This document shows positions 17,650 through 26,664 of a stretch of DNA of 28,578 bases, one piece after another. This DNA is from a virus. Numbering within the stretch: position 1 is the stretch's first letter; each line of letters starts with the position of its first letter. The translations under genes and the position numbers were made by a program. The stretch spans positions 1-28,578 of IMG/VR virus record IMGVR_UViG_3300035190_001531; one strand, written 5' to 3'. Under the pieces are notes generated by a model that saw only the letters and a list, made by a program, of their open reading frames with translations, did not search any database and was not told the origin of the DNA.

Positions 17650-18498
17650 TTAGAAATCAATACCCGCAGCCGCCAATGCCTCTAAGTCACTAACAGGGGG
17701 TAATGCTGCCATAATTTGATCGGGTTGGATCAATGGGCGTTTAGGCTGTAACCCTTGCCAGGTAAATTCTTTAGCCCGTGCATTGTACCCAACAAAATAG
17801 TTTTTCCAGGTTTCTAATGTTGGGTTTTCAAATCCTGCAACTTTACAAGCGGGGGATTTTGTTTCATCGCCTGCCATCTCGCGTTTAACCTCAAAAGCAA
17901 AAACGCATAAACTCTTGAATGTCATCGCTTTTTCACTAGCAGGAATTTGGTTTTCAATAGCATGACAAGATGTAATTGCCGTTATGAATTTTCCCCATTC
18001 AACAGAAAAGGTCGCTTGAGCAGCACCAGTAAGTTTTAGGCTCAAGGGAATTTGGTGCAGAGGAATGTTTTTTGCATCCAAAAGAAATACATCAAACGCT
18101 TGAAAATTAGTGAAGTCTTTATTAGCTTTATGGATATTTTTTTTATAATATCCATCAAAAACATTCGTTTGCTGTTCTTTTGTCGCAGTTTTATTGAGTG
18201 CCAAAACCGGAGTCCGAGGACACACTAACATCCGCATCTTTTTAAACGACAAACCTTGTTCAGTCTCACCGCTTGCAAAAACATATTCAATTAAATCTTT
18301 TTTGTCAAAATTATTCCATCCGGCTTTTGCGGCTTGGTTAATTTCGATAAAATACCCGCACTGTTTGGGGTCTTCTCCGCGTAAGGCTTGAATCCGGGGA
18401 AGCCGTGCATTAGGGTCTAAATATTCCTCGGATGCAAATTCATCGCGTTGAACTTGCATTAATTGATCTTGGTCAACATGGTCAATAGTTGAAGTCAT
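17650..18498 (-). CDS. Conserved-type cyanobacterial plasmid/phage protein of unknown function
   Basis: 282-aa ORF: 'ARLPRIQALRGEDPKQCGYFIEINQAAKAGW...FLLDAKNIPLHQIPLSLKLTGAAQATFSVEW'. Confidence 0.65.
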   Translation of the reverse strand: MTSTIDHVDQDQLMQVQRDEFASEEYLDPNARLPRIQALRGEDPKQCGYFIEINQAAKAGWNNFDKKDLIEYVFASGETEQGLSFKKMRMLVCPRTPVLALNKTATKEQQTNVFDGYYKKNIHKANKDFTNFQAFDVFLLDAKNIPLHQIPLSLKLTGAAQATFSVEWGKFITAITSCHAIENQIPASEKAMTFKSLCVFAFEVKREMAGDETKSPACKVAGFENPTLETWKNYFVGYNARAKEFTWQGLQPKRPLIQPDQIMAALPPVSDLEALAAAGIDF

Positions 18499-18589
18499 TG
18501 TTTTAACTTGATTTCTGTGGGTTTATTCGGGCTTAATCGCACCGCCCCAACGCCTCACAATCGCACTATGAAGCGTAAGGGAAAAACGA

Positions 18590-18826
18590 TTACTGATTAC
18601 GCTCTTTGTACATATCAAAAGGATAAAAGTCGTCATCCGGCATTTCGGGAAAGAAGCCGTCGCTACCATCGGCAAATAGAATAATTCCCCCTGAGTTGTT
18701 GGGGTTCTTGATAAAAATGTCCCCTTCTGGATTTGAGAAATAATCCAGACTTAAACTAGATCCACGATCAGATCCAATCTCATAGGCTCTATCTAAATTT
18801 TTTCTGTCCATGTTAGTTTTCTCCAA
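18590..18826 (-). CDS. Small acidic hypothetical protein
   Basis: 78-aa ORF. Confidence 0.4.
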   Translation of the reverse strand: MEKTNMDRKNLDRAYEIGSDRGSSLSLDYFSNPEGDIFIKNPNNSGGIILFADGSDGFFPEMPDDDFYPFDMYKERNQ

Positions 18827-19016
18827 GAATCGAATTAATTAATTCGTTAAACTCATTCATCGTTCCACGGGGAACCTGTGAGATGACTAAAGGAATTAGC
18901 TTGTCGTCAATCTCCACACATCGGGCATTTGTTTCCTGTTTATGAAAAGGAATCGAATCCCTTTCTTGAATTAATCTGGCAAATTCTTCAGCTAACTGCT
19001 TAACATCCACATCCAT
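18813..19016 (-). CDS. Small hypothetical protein
   Basis: 67-aa ORF overlapping both neighbours slightly. Confidence 0.4.
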   Translation of the reverse strand: MDVDVKQLAEEFARLIQERDSIPFHKQETNARCVEIDDKLIPLVISQVPRGTMNEFNELINSILGEN

Positions 19017-19537
19017 TACGCCACCTCCTCGTCAACCCAAGACTGTTCAACCAAAGCATCAACAGCCAACTGAAAACTCCCATGTCGGGATTGGGAATAT
19101 TGAAACCCTTTCCCGTGTACCAACATCTCAGAAACCGCATAATAATCAGATTTGTAGTTCACTACATAGCCCAGTTTGCAGCCGGTTTCATAGATGGCTG
19201 TACCTTTTGATTTTGCTAAGGAAACAATCATTTCTTGAGTTGGTTGATTCGCGTCGATTAATTCCCGTTTTTGGGAACAGATTAGCTCCCAATAGAATGA
19301 GAACTGATCCGCACCAATCAGAATCGCGCCACCATCTGCTAACACAAATTTCAAGATGTCGTGATTGGTAAAGATACCTGTTATCTGTTCGGGCGTGGGA
19401 TTGATTTGTCCGAATGTATCCCAAGCAATGACTTGGGCAGCGATGGTCTTGTCTAGTGCTAACGCCATGATTTCCCCTGAAATCAGAGGGGCGGGCGCTG
19501 TCTGAACTTGACTTGTTTGGACGGTTGTTGCTATCAT
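19016..19537 (-). CDS. Hypothetical protein
   Basis: 173-aa ORF; 1-nt overlap with the next gene. Confidence 0.5.
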   Translation of the reverse strand: MIATTVQTSQVQTAPAPLISGEIMALALDKTIAAQVIAWDTFGQINPTPEQITGIFTNHDILKFVLADGGAILIGADQFSFYWELICSQKRELIDANQPTQEMIVSLAKSKGTAIYETGCKLGYVVNYKSDYYAVSEMLVHGKGFQYSQSRHGSFQLAVDALVEQSWVDEEVA

Positions 19538-19756
19538 GGTTTAGTTGGGTTTTGACCCGTAAGGCGGTTGGCACTGATGTTGTAGTCGGGTGCTGACCGC
19601 TTTTGGCTTTGTACCTACAATCTTATAGTAATCTAATTACTATGTCAAGGGGTTTCGGAAAAATTCTTGTTACTACACAAAAAGAAGTTTAGGTATTGGC
19701 GGCAAGGCTTGTACAGAAAGGCATTTAGCTTATGCGGTTACAATCGACAATCACTC

Positions 19757-20029
19757 TCATCGCTTCTGACTAAAGGACTTGATTGTCACGGTAGGGAACA
19801 GGTCTCGGATATCAGCACCGAGGGTCTTTAAAACAAAATCCAATCTTTCACGACTAACAGATGCAACTTTTCCCTGTTCCCATTTGAGGATTGTGTCAAA
19901 GGAAACCGTTGGCTCCGTAAGGGTTGCAAGTTTTTTTTGCGATATGTTTTTGGCATTTCTTACATCTTGCAATCTAGTCCCAACGTCCTTATCCCAAGCA
20001 ATTTGGACAATACAGTTATATGGAATCAT
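19757..20029 (-). CDS. XRE-family HTH transcriptional regulator
   Basis: 'VGTRLQDVRNAKNISQKKLATLTEPTVSFDTILKWEQGKVASVSRERLDFVLKTLG'. Start at MIPYNC is supported by an AGGAG ribosome-binding site. Confidence 0.8.
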   Translation of the reverse strand: MIPYNCIVQIAWDKDVGTRLQDVRNAKNISQKKLATLTEPTVSFDTILKWEQGKVASVSRERLDFVLKTLGADIRDLFPTVTIKSFSQKR

Positions 20030-20295
20030 AATCTCCTCTTCTTGATCTTTCGGTATAGTATTGACATTACTACCTTTTTGTTCTAACATAGCAATATTGT
20101 AGGAATCTGGCAAGACCAAATCACCAGATTCCTGCACCCCCTGAAACAACAAGCCTTGGATCGGCTTTGTAAATCGTAAGGGAAAAACACGGAAAGGAAA
20201 AATGCCTATGGGATGAAATTGAACGGGCAGATTGTAGAACACCTAAATACCAGAGGGAAGATTCAAGCATTCCCTTTGGTTTCCTAAATAATGAA

Positions 20296-20439
20296 ATGAA
20301 AAAAATAGCGATAGCGATTGCGATTGCGATTTTTGCAGTCATAAATTGTTTATTAATTTTCTGTGATGATTCGCAGAAAATCGGGGAAAATTCCCCGTCG
20401 GAAGAGCAACCCAAACGGGGAGATGGTCGAAGAAGCTGA
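20296..20439 (+). CDS. Candidate small signal-peptide protein (47 aa) not in the supplied ORF track
   Basis: Manual translation: MKKIAIAIAIAIFAVINCLLIFCDDSQKIGENSPSEEQPKRGDGRRS*. The hydrophobic stretch is encoded by GCGAT(A/T) hexamers. Confidence 0.35.
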   Translation: MKKIAIAIAIAIFAVINCLLIFCDDSQKIGENSPSEEQPKRGDGRRS

Positions 20440-20471
20440 TCATCATTTTCCCTAAAAATTTTGAGGAAAAT

Positions 20472-20750
20472 ATGAAGATTTCAATTTCAGAAGAATTGGA
20501 TGACATTGGAATGTCGCCCGAAGCATTCAGAGTTTATTTCAATATTATTTGCCACGTCATTCAACAGGATGCGTTTCCAACCGTCGATCAGATAACGGCG
20601 AAATGTTTTTCCAGACGACGCGCGTCTGGAAAAACGCAGGCAAGGCTTGCGTTGCGCGAGCTAATTAAGCTCGGTTTAATTAGCGGTGATATCGAAACGG
20701 AAAACTATACCTTAGTTCATCCCAGTAAGTGGGAAGTGGGGGCTGTATGA
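20472..20750 (+). CDS. wHTH DNA-binding protein (replication module)
   Basis: 'FPTVDQITAKCFSRRRASGKTQARLALRELIKLGLI' wHTH; GAGG ribosome-binding site upstream. Confidence 0.65.
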   Translation: MKISISEELDDIGMSPEAFRVYFNIICHVIQQDAFPTVDQITAKCFSRRRASGKTQARLALRELIKLGLISGDIETENYTLVHPSKWEVGAV

Positions 20751-21922
20751 AACCATCTATTCTAGCCGCCTTTGCAGAAGCCGTCCCCTATATCCCCGGA
20801 CTCAGACAGCAAACAGGGAGCGTAGTAGCCACGATTCTTATGATGCAACTTGAGTATCGTTTCGCAAAGTATCCAGACGGGTTTTATAAGTTTTTAGAAC
20901 CCCCTCAAAACGGACATCAGGACTACAAGATTGGGGATAGTTGGGTTGAGGAACTCGCTTTTTCTAAAGAAGAATTTAGGACTGGGTTTGACAAGATTGG
21001 AGTCCGTTACAACTCCAAAACCCAGTATGACGAAGCAAAATCTAGCGGATCGGAATTTGGTTGTAATTACTACTGTTCTTACGTTGACCGGAGGTCGGGG
21101 TTAACTTTCTACTTTCGGAATCACAGCAAGGTAGATGAGCTAATTTCCGATATCGAACCCAGGCAAAAATCAGTAGGTTTTCGCCCACGGAAAACTAGAC
21201 CCCAAATGGTAGATCCCAATCTACAGGAAATCGGGAATCCCAATTTACTGAATATGGTAAATCCCAATTTACCATCATCGGGAATCCCAATTTACCAGAG
21301 TGGTGAATCCCAATTTCCTATTCCTTATATAGATATTTCAGAAAAGACTTCAGAAAAGACTCCAGAAAATACCCCCCTTACCCCCCAAGGGGAATCGGAG
21401 GAGGGGGGGATTCAGAACGAAGCCGTTTTGATTTCAAACGAAGACCAGGGGAAAGAGCTTACCGAGGACTCTGCTACACAGCAAAGTCAAAAAGAGAATC
21501 ACCGACCTGAACAAAATCTTAATCCGGTGATCAGACATTCCGCCGCCGTCGAGTCCGATCCTCGATTTCTACCAACGGACGCAACAGCAGACAATATGAA
21601 AACTTGGAACGCAATTGTGGCGACCGGAGCCATGAGAGGTGAGCGATCGCCCGACCCTGAGTTTTTGGAATATTACAGGGGGCTATTAAGCAAATGCACT
21701 CATTACAGGGGCAAAGACTGTAATTCAAACCATGCCAAATCTTCCCTTGCTCAGAAATGGAAATCCGAGCCACTAAAAATCCTTGCCGATGCCGAGTCGT
21801 GGTTGAAATCAAAAGCCAAGTTTAGCGGTGGCAAATCAACCCAGACCCGCAATATCAGCGAACTTTCTAGGGATGAACGCCTCGCCATCCTGAGAGCCAA
21901 ACGCGAACAAAAAGGAGCCTAA
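20747..21922 (+). CDS. Replication initiator-like / phage replisome-organiser-like protein
   Basis: The start MKPSILAAFAEAVPYIPGLRQQTGSVVATILMMQLEYRF overlaps the upstream stop (ATGA). N-terminal wHTH-like region, disordered middle and a C-terminal 'KTWNAIVATG...LAQKWKSEPLKILADAESWLKSK'. Located directly upstream of dnaB. Confidence 0.65.
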   Translation: MKPSILAAFAEAVPYIPGLRQQTGSVVATILMMQLEYRFAKYPDGFYKFLEPPQNGHQDYKIGDSWVEELAFSKEEFRTGFDKIGVRYNSKTQYDEAKSSGSEFGCNYYCSYVDRRSGLTFYFRNHSKVDELISDIEPRQKSVGFRPRKTRPQMVDPNLQEIGNPNLLNMVNPNLPSSGIPIYQSGESQFPIPYIDISEKTSEKTPENTPLTPQGESEEGGIQNEAVLISNEDQGKELTEDSATQQSQKENHRPEQNLNPVIRHSAAVESDPRFLPTDATADNMKTWNAIVATGAMRGERSPDPEFLEYYRGLLSKCTHYRGKDCNSNHAKSSLAQKWKSEPLKILADAESWLKSKAKFSGGKSTQTRNISELSRDERLAILRAKREQKGA

Positions 21923-21924
21923 CC

Positions 21925-22512
21925 ATGACCGAGCTTAACGATGAAATCTTTGATCAGGGAATTGAAAACCTGAAAGAAAATTTTTCCGACGCGATTTTCA
22001 CCGAACTCAAATATGAAATTTGGTTCGACAAACTCTCTCAGGAGTTATCAGCTGAAGAATTTGAGACTGCAATCCGTGAGGCAATTTTCAACCTTAGCAA
22101 GTGTCCCACGGGAAAAGAGCTTGTAAGCCTCGTTAAAGAATCCGAACGTGAGTTAGTAAGTAACTGTTGGTCAAGATGCCTAGAATCGCTTGCTAAACGC
22201 CTCCCGTTGAATAATTTAGACGATGCGAGTCAATATGCAATCGTTCAACTCGGAGGGATGTCTCACCTTGGGTCGATTGAAAGTACCCAACTCAACTACC
22301 TGAGCAACGATTTCAAGACTCATTGGCAAGCCTACCGAAAAGCCCCGCGAGAATTTGAGCGTCCCACGCAGGTCATCCCCCGTGAGCAAATCGAGTTCAA
22401 GCCCAATGGACTCAAGCCACAGATTTCAGAGGAACAGAAGTTAAAAAATCAGGAATTTCTAAATAACCTGATCGCCACAAAAATGAATAAAAACTTAAAT
22501 GGAGCGAAATAA
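21925..22512 (+). CDS. Replication-associated protein (possible helicase-loader/primosomal role)
   Basis: 195-aa ORF between the initiator-like gene and dnaB; 1-nt overlap with dnaB. Role inferred from position. Confidence 0.5.
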   Translation: MTELNDEIFDQGIENLKENFSDAIFTELKYEIWFDKLSQELSAEEFETAIREAIFNLSKCPTGKELVSLVKESERELVSNCWSRCLESLAKRLPLNNLDDASQYAIVQLGGMSHLGSIESTQLNYLSNDFKTHWQAYRKAPREFERPTQVIPREQIEFKPNGLKPQISEEQKLKNQEFLNNLIATKMNKNLNGAK

Positions 22513-23825
22513 TGGAAACAATAATCATGCAAAACGTTGAGGCAGAACAAGCCGTTTTGGGAGCGATTCTCTTAGACCCCGAAGCTATGGGGCGAGTTGC
22601 AGACTCGCTAACTGCTAAATCTTTTTCCCTGCGATCGCATCAAACAATCTACAAAGCAGCTTTAGCATTACATTCCGAGGGAATAACCACGGATTTAATG
22701 ACCGTCACTACCTGGTTATCCGATCAGAAATTACTTGAGAAAGCCGGGGGACAATTAGGATTAACCCAATTATTAGACCGCACAGTTTCAGCAGTTAACA
22801 TTGATCAATACGGGCTGTTAATTGCCGATAAGCAAACTCGAAGAAACCTAATTGAATCTGCCCATAAAATTATTGAATTGGCAGAAGATACCAGTCAACC
22901 TTTAGAGACAATTCTCCAAAAGTCAGAGGAACAAATTGCTAATATTTCCCAATCAAAATCACAACAGGATTTAGTTTCGATTGGTGAAACTTTAATTGAT
23001 ACCTTTCAAGAAATTGAAGACCGGAGCGAAAGCAAGATTCCCCCCGGTGTCCCCTCTGGATTTTATGACCTCGATGCCATGACTGGAGGATTCCAACACA
23101 CCGACTTAATTATTGTGGCAGGAAGACCTGCAATGGGCAAATCGAGTTTGGCTTTAAATTTTGGATATAACATTGCCAAAAAAGGGTTACCCGTCGCGGT
23201 CTTCAGTTTAGAAATGTCCAAAGGTCAATTAGTCCAAAGACTATTATCGAGCGAAACCAAAATTGAAAGTACCCGCATTCGTTCGGGAAACATTCAGCAA
23301 GAGGAATGGGAACCTTTGACAACCGCAATTAGTTCCTTAGCAGAATTACCGATTTTTATTGACGACACCTCGAATCCAACAGTTAACGAAATCAAGAAAA
23401 AAGCCCAAAAATTGCAAGCCGAAAACGATGGAAAATTAGGATTAATCCTAATAGATTATCTGCAATTAATGGACGGAGGAAGTGATAATCGGGTGCAAGA
23501 ATTGTCAAGAATTACACGGGGATTAAAGGGAATGGCAAAAGATTTAAACGTTCCTGTAGTTGTCCTGTCTCAGTTGAGTCGTAGCGTCGAACAGCGCACC
23601 AATAAACGCCCAATGCTTTCAGACTTGAGAGAATCGGGCTCAATTGAACAAGACGCGGACTTAGTAATGATGATCTATCGAGATGATTATTATAATCCCA
23701 ACACTTCGGACGAGGGAATTGCAGAGTTAATTTTAGCCAAACATCGCAACGGCCCCACCGGAACGGTCAAGTTATTATTTGATTCTCAATTTACCCAATT
23801 TAAAAATTTAGCGAGGTCTAACTAG
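22512..23825 (+). CDS. dnaB: Replicative DNA helicase DnaB
   Basis: 'QNVEAEQAVLGAILLDPEAM', Walker A 'IIVAGRPAMGKSSLALNFGYNIAKKGLPVAVFSLEMS', 'LGLILIDYLQLM', 'LSQLSRSVEQRTNKRPMLSDLRESGSIEQDADLVMMIYRDDYY'. Confidence 0.97.
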   Translation: METIIMQNVEAEQAVLGAILLDPEAMGRVADSLTAKSFSLRSHQTIYKAALALHSEGITTDLMTVTTWLSDQKLLEKAGGQLGLTQLLDRTVSAVNIDQYGLLIADKQTRRNLIESAHKIIELAEDTSQPLETILQKSEEQIANISQSKSQQDLVSIGETLIDTFQEIEDRSESKIPPGVPSGFYDLDAMTGGFQHTDLIIVAGRPAMGKSSLALNFGYNIAKKGLPVAVFSLEMSKGQLVQRLLSSETKIESTRIRSGNIQQEEWEPLTTAISSLAELPIFIDDTSNPTVNEIKKKAQKLQAENDGKLGLILIDYLQLMDGGSDNRVQELSRITRGLKGMAKDLNVPVVVLSQLSRSVEQRTNKRPMLSDLRESGSIEQDADLVMMIYRDDYYNPNTSDEGIAELILAKHRNGPTGTVKLLFDSQFTQFKNLARSN

Positions 23826-23834
23826 GAGAGTTAA

Positions 23835-24113
23835 ATGGAAAATTCAACAAAACGAGATGAGTTGATTGCATTTCTTGAATTCCATGTACCACTACAACTT
23901 TATGAATTAAAATTGCGCGAACTCGAGCCAGGGACATCCAGATTTAACAAAGAGTTGCGCGAGTGTGGTCAGGTAGTTTCCGAAAAAGGTGACACCATTC
24001 TTTTTCACACCAAAGAAACAGCGAAAAACGTTGTTAAATTATCCAAAGCAATAGCAATGTTACTACTAATAAACAAGGAAGTAACAGTTTTCGGTACAAC
24101 CTTTAAACTCTGA
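23835..24113 (+). CDS. Hypothetical protein
   Basis: 92-aa ORF 10 nt downstream of dnaB; GAG-rich ribosome-binding site. Confidence 0.5.
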   Translation: MENSTKRDELIAFLEFHVPLQLYELKLRELEPGTSRFNKELRECGQVVSEKGDTILFHTKETAKNVVKLSKAIAMLLLINKEVTVFGTTFKL

Positions 24114-24119
24114 CGACTA

Positions 24120-24539
24120 ATGGATAGACTTGGTTGGGAAGACTTAGGAAGTATTATCAATTGGTTTTACGAACAACAGAGACAAGGTAAAACTTCCTTT
24201 AAAGTTCAAGAAATGCGCGATAAGTTTAATTTGAATATTCCAAACGCAAATACCCGAATAAAACGGTTTCTTAAGTTTGGAATCATTAAACCACTAACTT
24301 ATGGCAGATACGAAATCGAACCACTGTCAGAAGAAAGAATCCAGGAGATTAAAGACAAAATCATCCCCCCTAATCCCATTTTTAAAACCTATTATTTCAG
24401 AGGAAGACAACATACCGTCGAATGGATTTACAAAAACCAAAACCCCCCGATGACCCTCCAATATTTTGCTCAAAGACTTCAACGGGGGTGGTCATTAAAG
24501 AAAGCATTAGAAACACCGACCCGAAAATACAGAGGTTAA
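24120..24539 (+). CDS. Hypothetical wHTH-like protein
   Basis: 139-aa ORF: 'TSFKVQEMRDKFNLNIPNANTRIKRFLKFGIIKPLTYGRYEI'. Confidence 0.55.
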   Translation: MDRLGWEDLGSIINWFYEQQRQGKTSFKVQEMRDKFNLNIPNANTRIKRFLKFGIIKPLTYGRYEIEPLSEERIQEIKDKIIPPNPIFKTYYFRGRQHTVEWIYKNQNPPMTLQYFAQRLQRGWSLKKALETPTRKYRG

Positions 24540-24547
24540 TTAACGTC

Positions 24548-25126
24548 ATGACCGCAGCAACCAAGAAGATATTTGAAAGACTTTTAAAAGTCGGTGACTG
24601 GGTAGAAATTGACCCTCACAAACACCGCCCAAACTATTTAATTAAGGGAACAGCTTGGCGGGTTGAGGGATTTAATTCAATAAAACAAACCTGTCAAATA
24701 ACTAACGAAAAAACAGGGAATTTACATAGATCGGAAACCCTAGATTTTGAGGAAGTTTCCGATTCAAGCCCATTCAAAAAAACAGATATTGTTCAACTTA
24801 AAAGCGACCCTCGATATATTGGGCGGATTGTTAATTGTCGAAGAAATAAAATAACAATTGAATGGGCATGGGGTGGAGTCCGAGAATCCCTAGACTCGGA
24901 CAAAATAAAGTTATTTGTTCGGATGGTCAGGGGGGAACAAATATTGTTGGGTGATTATGCTTTTAAAGAAGGCGATCGCGTTCACACCAGTGATAAGAAT
25001 TTTGGCAATGTGATTCTAACTGTTCGGGAGTGTTTACCTTCTGGGATGGTGGTTTTAAGTTCATCAAATGATCCTAACTTATTACTCCCCGGCTGTGGCT
25101 TAACGATTGTTGAGGAGGATTTCTAA
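24548..25126 (+). CDS. Hypothetical protein with SH3-like repeats
   Basis: Start reassigned to MTAATKKIFERLLKVGDWVEID, because the upstream part of the track ORF overlaps 24120-24539 out of frame. Three 'VGDWVEI/KKTDIVQL/EGDRVHT' beta motifs. Confidence 0.55.
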   Translation: MTAATKKIFERLLKVGDWVEIDPHKHRPNYLIKGTAWRVEGFNSIKQTCQITNEKTGNLHRSETLDFEEVSDSSPFKKTDIVQLKSDPRYIGRIVNCRRNKITIEWAWGGVRESLDSDKIKLFVRMVRGEQILLGDYAFKEGDRVHTSDKNFGNVILTVRECLPSGMVVLSSSNDPNLLLPGCGLTIVEEDF

Positions 25127-26160
25127 TGTTAACATTTGCAACATTATTTACAGGCGGTGGCGGTGCAGATTTGGGGTTAGAGGCCGCAGGGTTTAAGTCT
25201 TTATGGGGAATTGAAAGAGATCCTAAAATTGCAGAAGTAGCACGATTAAATTTCCCAAATACCAAAGTATTTAATTCTTGCGCAGGAGACATAAACCCCC
25301 GCAGTCTTCCCTATGTTGACCTGCTTTGGATGAGTCCCCCGTGCCAACAGTATTCAAACGCTAGACGGGGTAATTTAGGTGATCACAAAGACAAGGACGC
25401 GGGGCTGTACTGTAGCAGTTATATCGCAGCGATTGATCCTCAATGGGTAGTTTTAGAAAACGTCCCAGGATATTCAAAATCACCTGTATTCGAGAAGATT
25501 CTACAATCCTTAATTCGCTACGGATATCGCTACCATTGGTTGATTCTTGACGCGGCGGATTATGGGGTTCCACAGAACCGGAAACGATTAATCATGTGGG
25601 CGGTCAAAAACTCAGAACCCCTCCCATATTTTCCCGAATCAAAGCCTAGAAAGGGATGGTATCAAGCTATTAGTGATTTAATCCCTGAGATGAGTGATTG
25701 TGAGCTTGCAGACTGGCAGATTAAGCGACTGAATGAATTGGGTTATTTGCCAGAAAAAGCCTTGATTGATATTAGTAAGAATCGACATAAACCAGCTACG
25801 GCCAGAGATGGGAACGATCCGAGTTTTACCCTATTAACCGATCATAGTGGCTACCATTCACCCGTTTTATTAGTCCCCCGTGCAGGCGCTTGTATCAAAA
25901 ATATCCTCCCAACCCCCTCGGACAAACCCTGCCCAACAATTCGAGCTATGGCATCGGGGCGGCATACCCACTGGGCGGACATCATGGAGGGAAGTCAAGT
26001 TAAACGAATTAGTCAGAAAGCGACGGCACGGCTCCAGACTTTCCCCGACTCCTATCAATTCCCAGAATCCAAAACTTTAAGCCAACAAATAATAGGAAAC
26101 GCCGTGCCTCCGTTATTGGCTAAAGAATTAGGTCTGGCAATCTTAAAATCAATTAACTAA
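25126..26160 (+). CDS. DNA (cytosine-5-)-methyltransferase
   Basis: Motif I 'ATLFTGGGGADLGLEAAGF', motif IV 'LLWMSPPCQQYSNAR', motif VI 'WVVLENVPGY', motif VIII 'YGVPQNRKRLIMW', motif X 'QQIIGNAVPPLLAKELG'. All catalytic motifs are intact. Confidence 0.95.
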   Translation: MLTFATLFTGGGGADLGLEAAGFKSLWGIERDPKIAEVARLNFPNTKVFNSCAGDINPRSLPYVDLLWMSPPCQQYSNARRGNLGDHKDKDAGLYCSSYIAAIDPQWVVLENVPGYSKSPVFEKILQSLIRYGYRYHWLILDAADYGVPQNRKRLIMWAVKNSEPLPYFPESKPRKGWYQAISDLIPEMSDCELADWQIKRLNELGYLPEKALIDISKNRHKPATARDGNDPSFTLLTDHSGYHSPVLLVPRAGACIKNILPTPSDKPCPTIRAMASGRHTHWADIMEGSQVKRISQKATARLQTFPDSYQFPESKTLSQQIIGNAVPPLLAKELGLAILKSIN

Positions 26161-26162
26161 CC

Positions 26163-26606
26163 ATGAAAACATTAACTAAAGCCAAAACCAAACCCGCTAA
26201 AAAAGGATTTCAACCCGCCCAAAAAATTCATGCCAACGACCTCCACACATTCTCTTGTGAGTGTCTCTGGTATGATGCTGCCACCGACGAGGAACTCCTG
26301 ACCGAATTGTGGACGATCAAACTCGACAAACGGCGATTCAGAACAGATGTCCGGCAGGCAATTGTTACGGGGTTGATCTATTGTTTCTTGGAAACCCCCG
26401 AAGCAGCAGAGCGACATATTAACCGAGTATTTTTTTGGAATAATAAATCAAGGGCTTATGAGCCATTGGGGGCGGTGTCAGACTTGCCGATGGACGGATC
26501 TAGTCCGGTTGATTTTGAAGCCGATCCGGTGGTGGCTTATGAGCGACTCAAGGATTTGTGCGTTGATATCGAGATTAGTAAGGTTGACGATTGCTTTTGC
26601 TCTTGA
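26163..26606 (+). CDS. Hypothetical protein
   Basis: 147-aa ORF 2 nt downstream of the methyltransferase. Confidence 0.5.
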   Translation: MKTLTKAKTKPAKKGFQPAQKIHANDLHTFSCECLWYDAATDEELLTELWTIKLDKRRFRTDVRQAIVTGLIYCFLETPEAAERHINRVFFWNNKSRAYEPLGAVSDLPMDGSSPVDFEADPVVAYERLKDLCVDIEISKVDDCFCS

Positions 26607-26630
26607 CCTTTTAAAAATACACAAATAAAC

Positions 26631-26659
26631 TTGTTTTTTTTACGTTATTTGTGTATAAT
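26631..26659 (+). promoter_or_regulatory. Predicted sigma70-like promoter for the omegaRNA/iscB transcript
   Basis: -35-like TTGTTT (26631-26636), 17-bp spacing, perfect -10 TATAAT (26654-26659). Predicted start is about 26666, at the first base or two of the anti-repeat. Confidence 0.6.
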
Positions 26660-26664
26660 GAAAA

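Noticed and set aside
19188-19574. 128-aa reverse ORF overlapping 19016-19537 in another frame
   Set aside because: Same strand, shifted frame, and Arg/Ser/Asn-rich composition typical of an out-of-frame translation.
20308-20331. GCGAT(A/T) tandem hexamer as a CRISPR or iteron array
   Set aside because: It has only four 6-bp units with no spacers, within a possible signal-peptide coding stretch.
20121-20414. 97-aa reverse ORF in the regulatory region
   Set aside because: The hydrophobic repeat (AIAIAIAIF) is a by-product of the hexamer tandem, and no ribosome-binding site or motif was recognised. The forward micro-ORF is slightly more plausible.
24422-24547. N-terminal extension of the 24422-25126 ORF
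   Set aside because: It overlaps the 24120-24539 gene out of frame. The internal ATG at 24548 is the more plausible start.
25361-26080. ORFs 25361-25573 (-), 25870-26058 (-) and 25880-26080 (+)
   Set aside because: They lie inside the well-supported C5-methyltransferase coding sequence.
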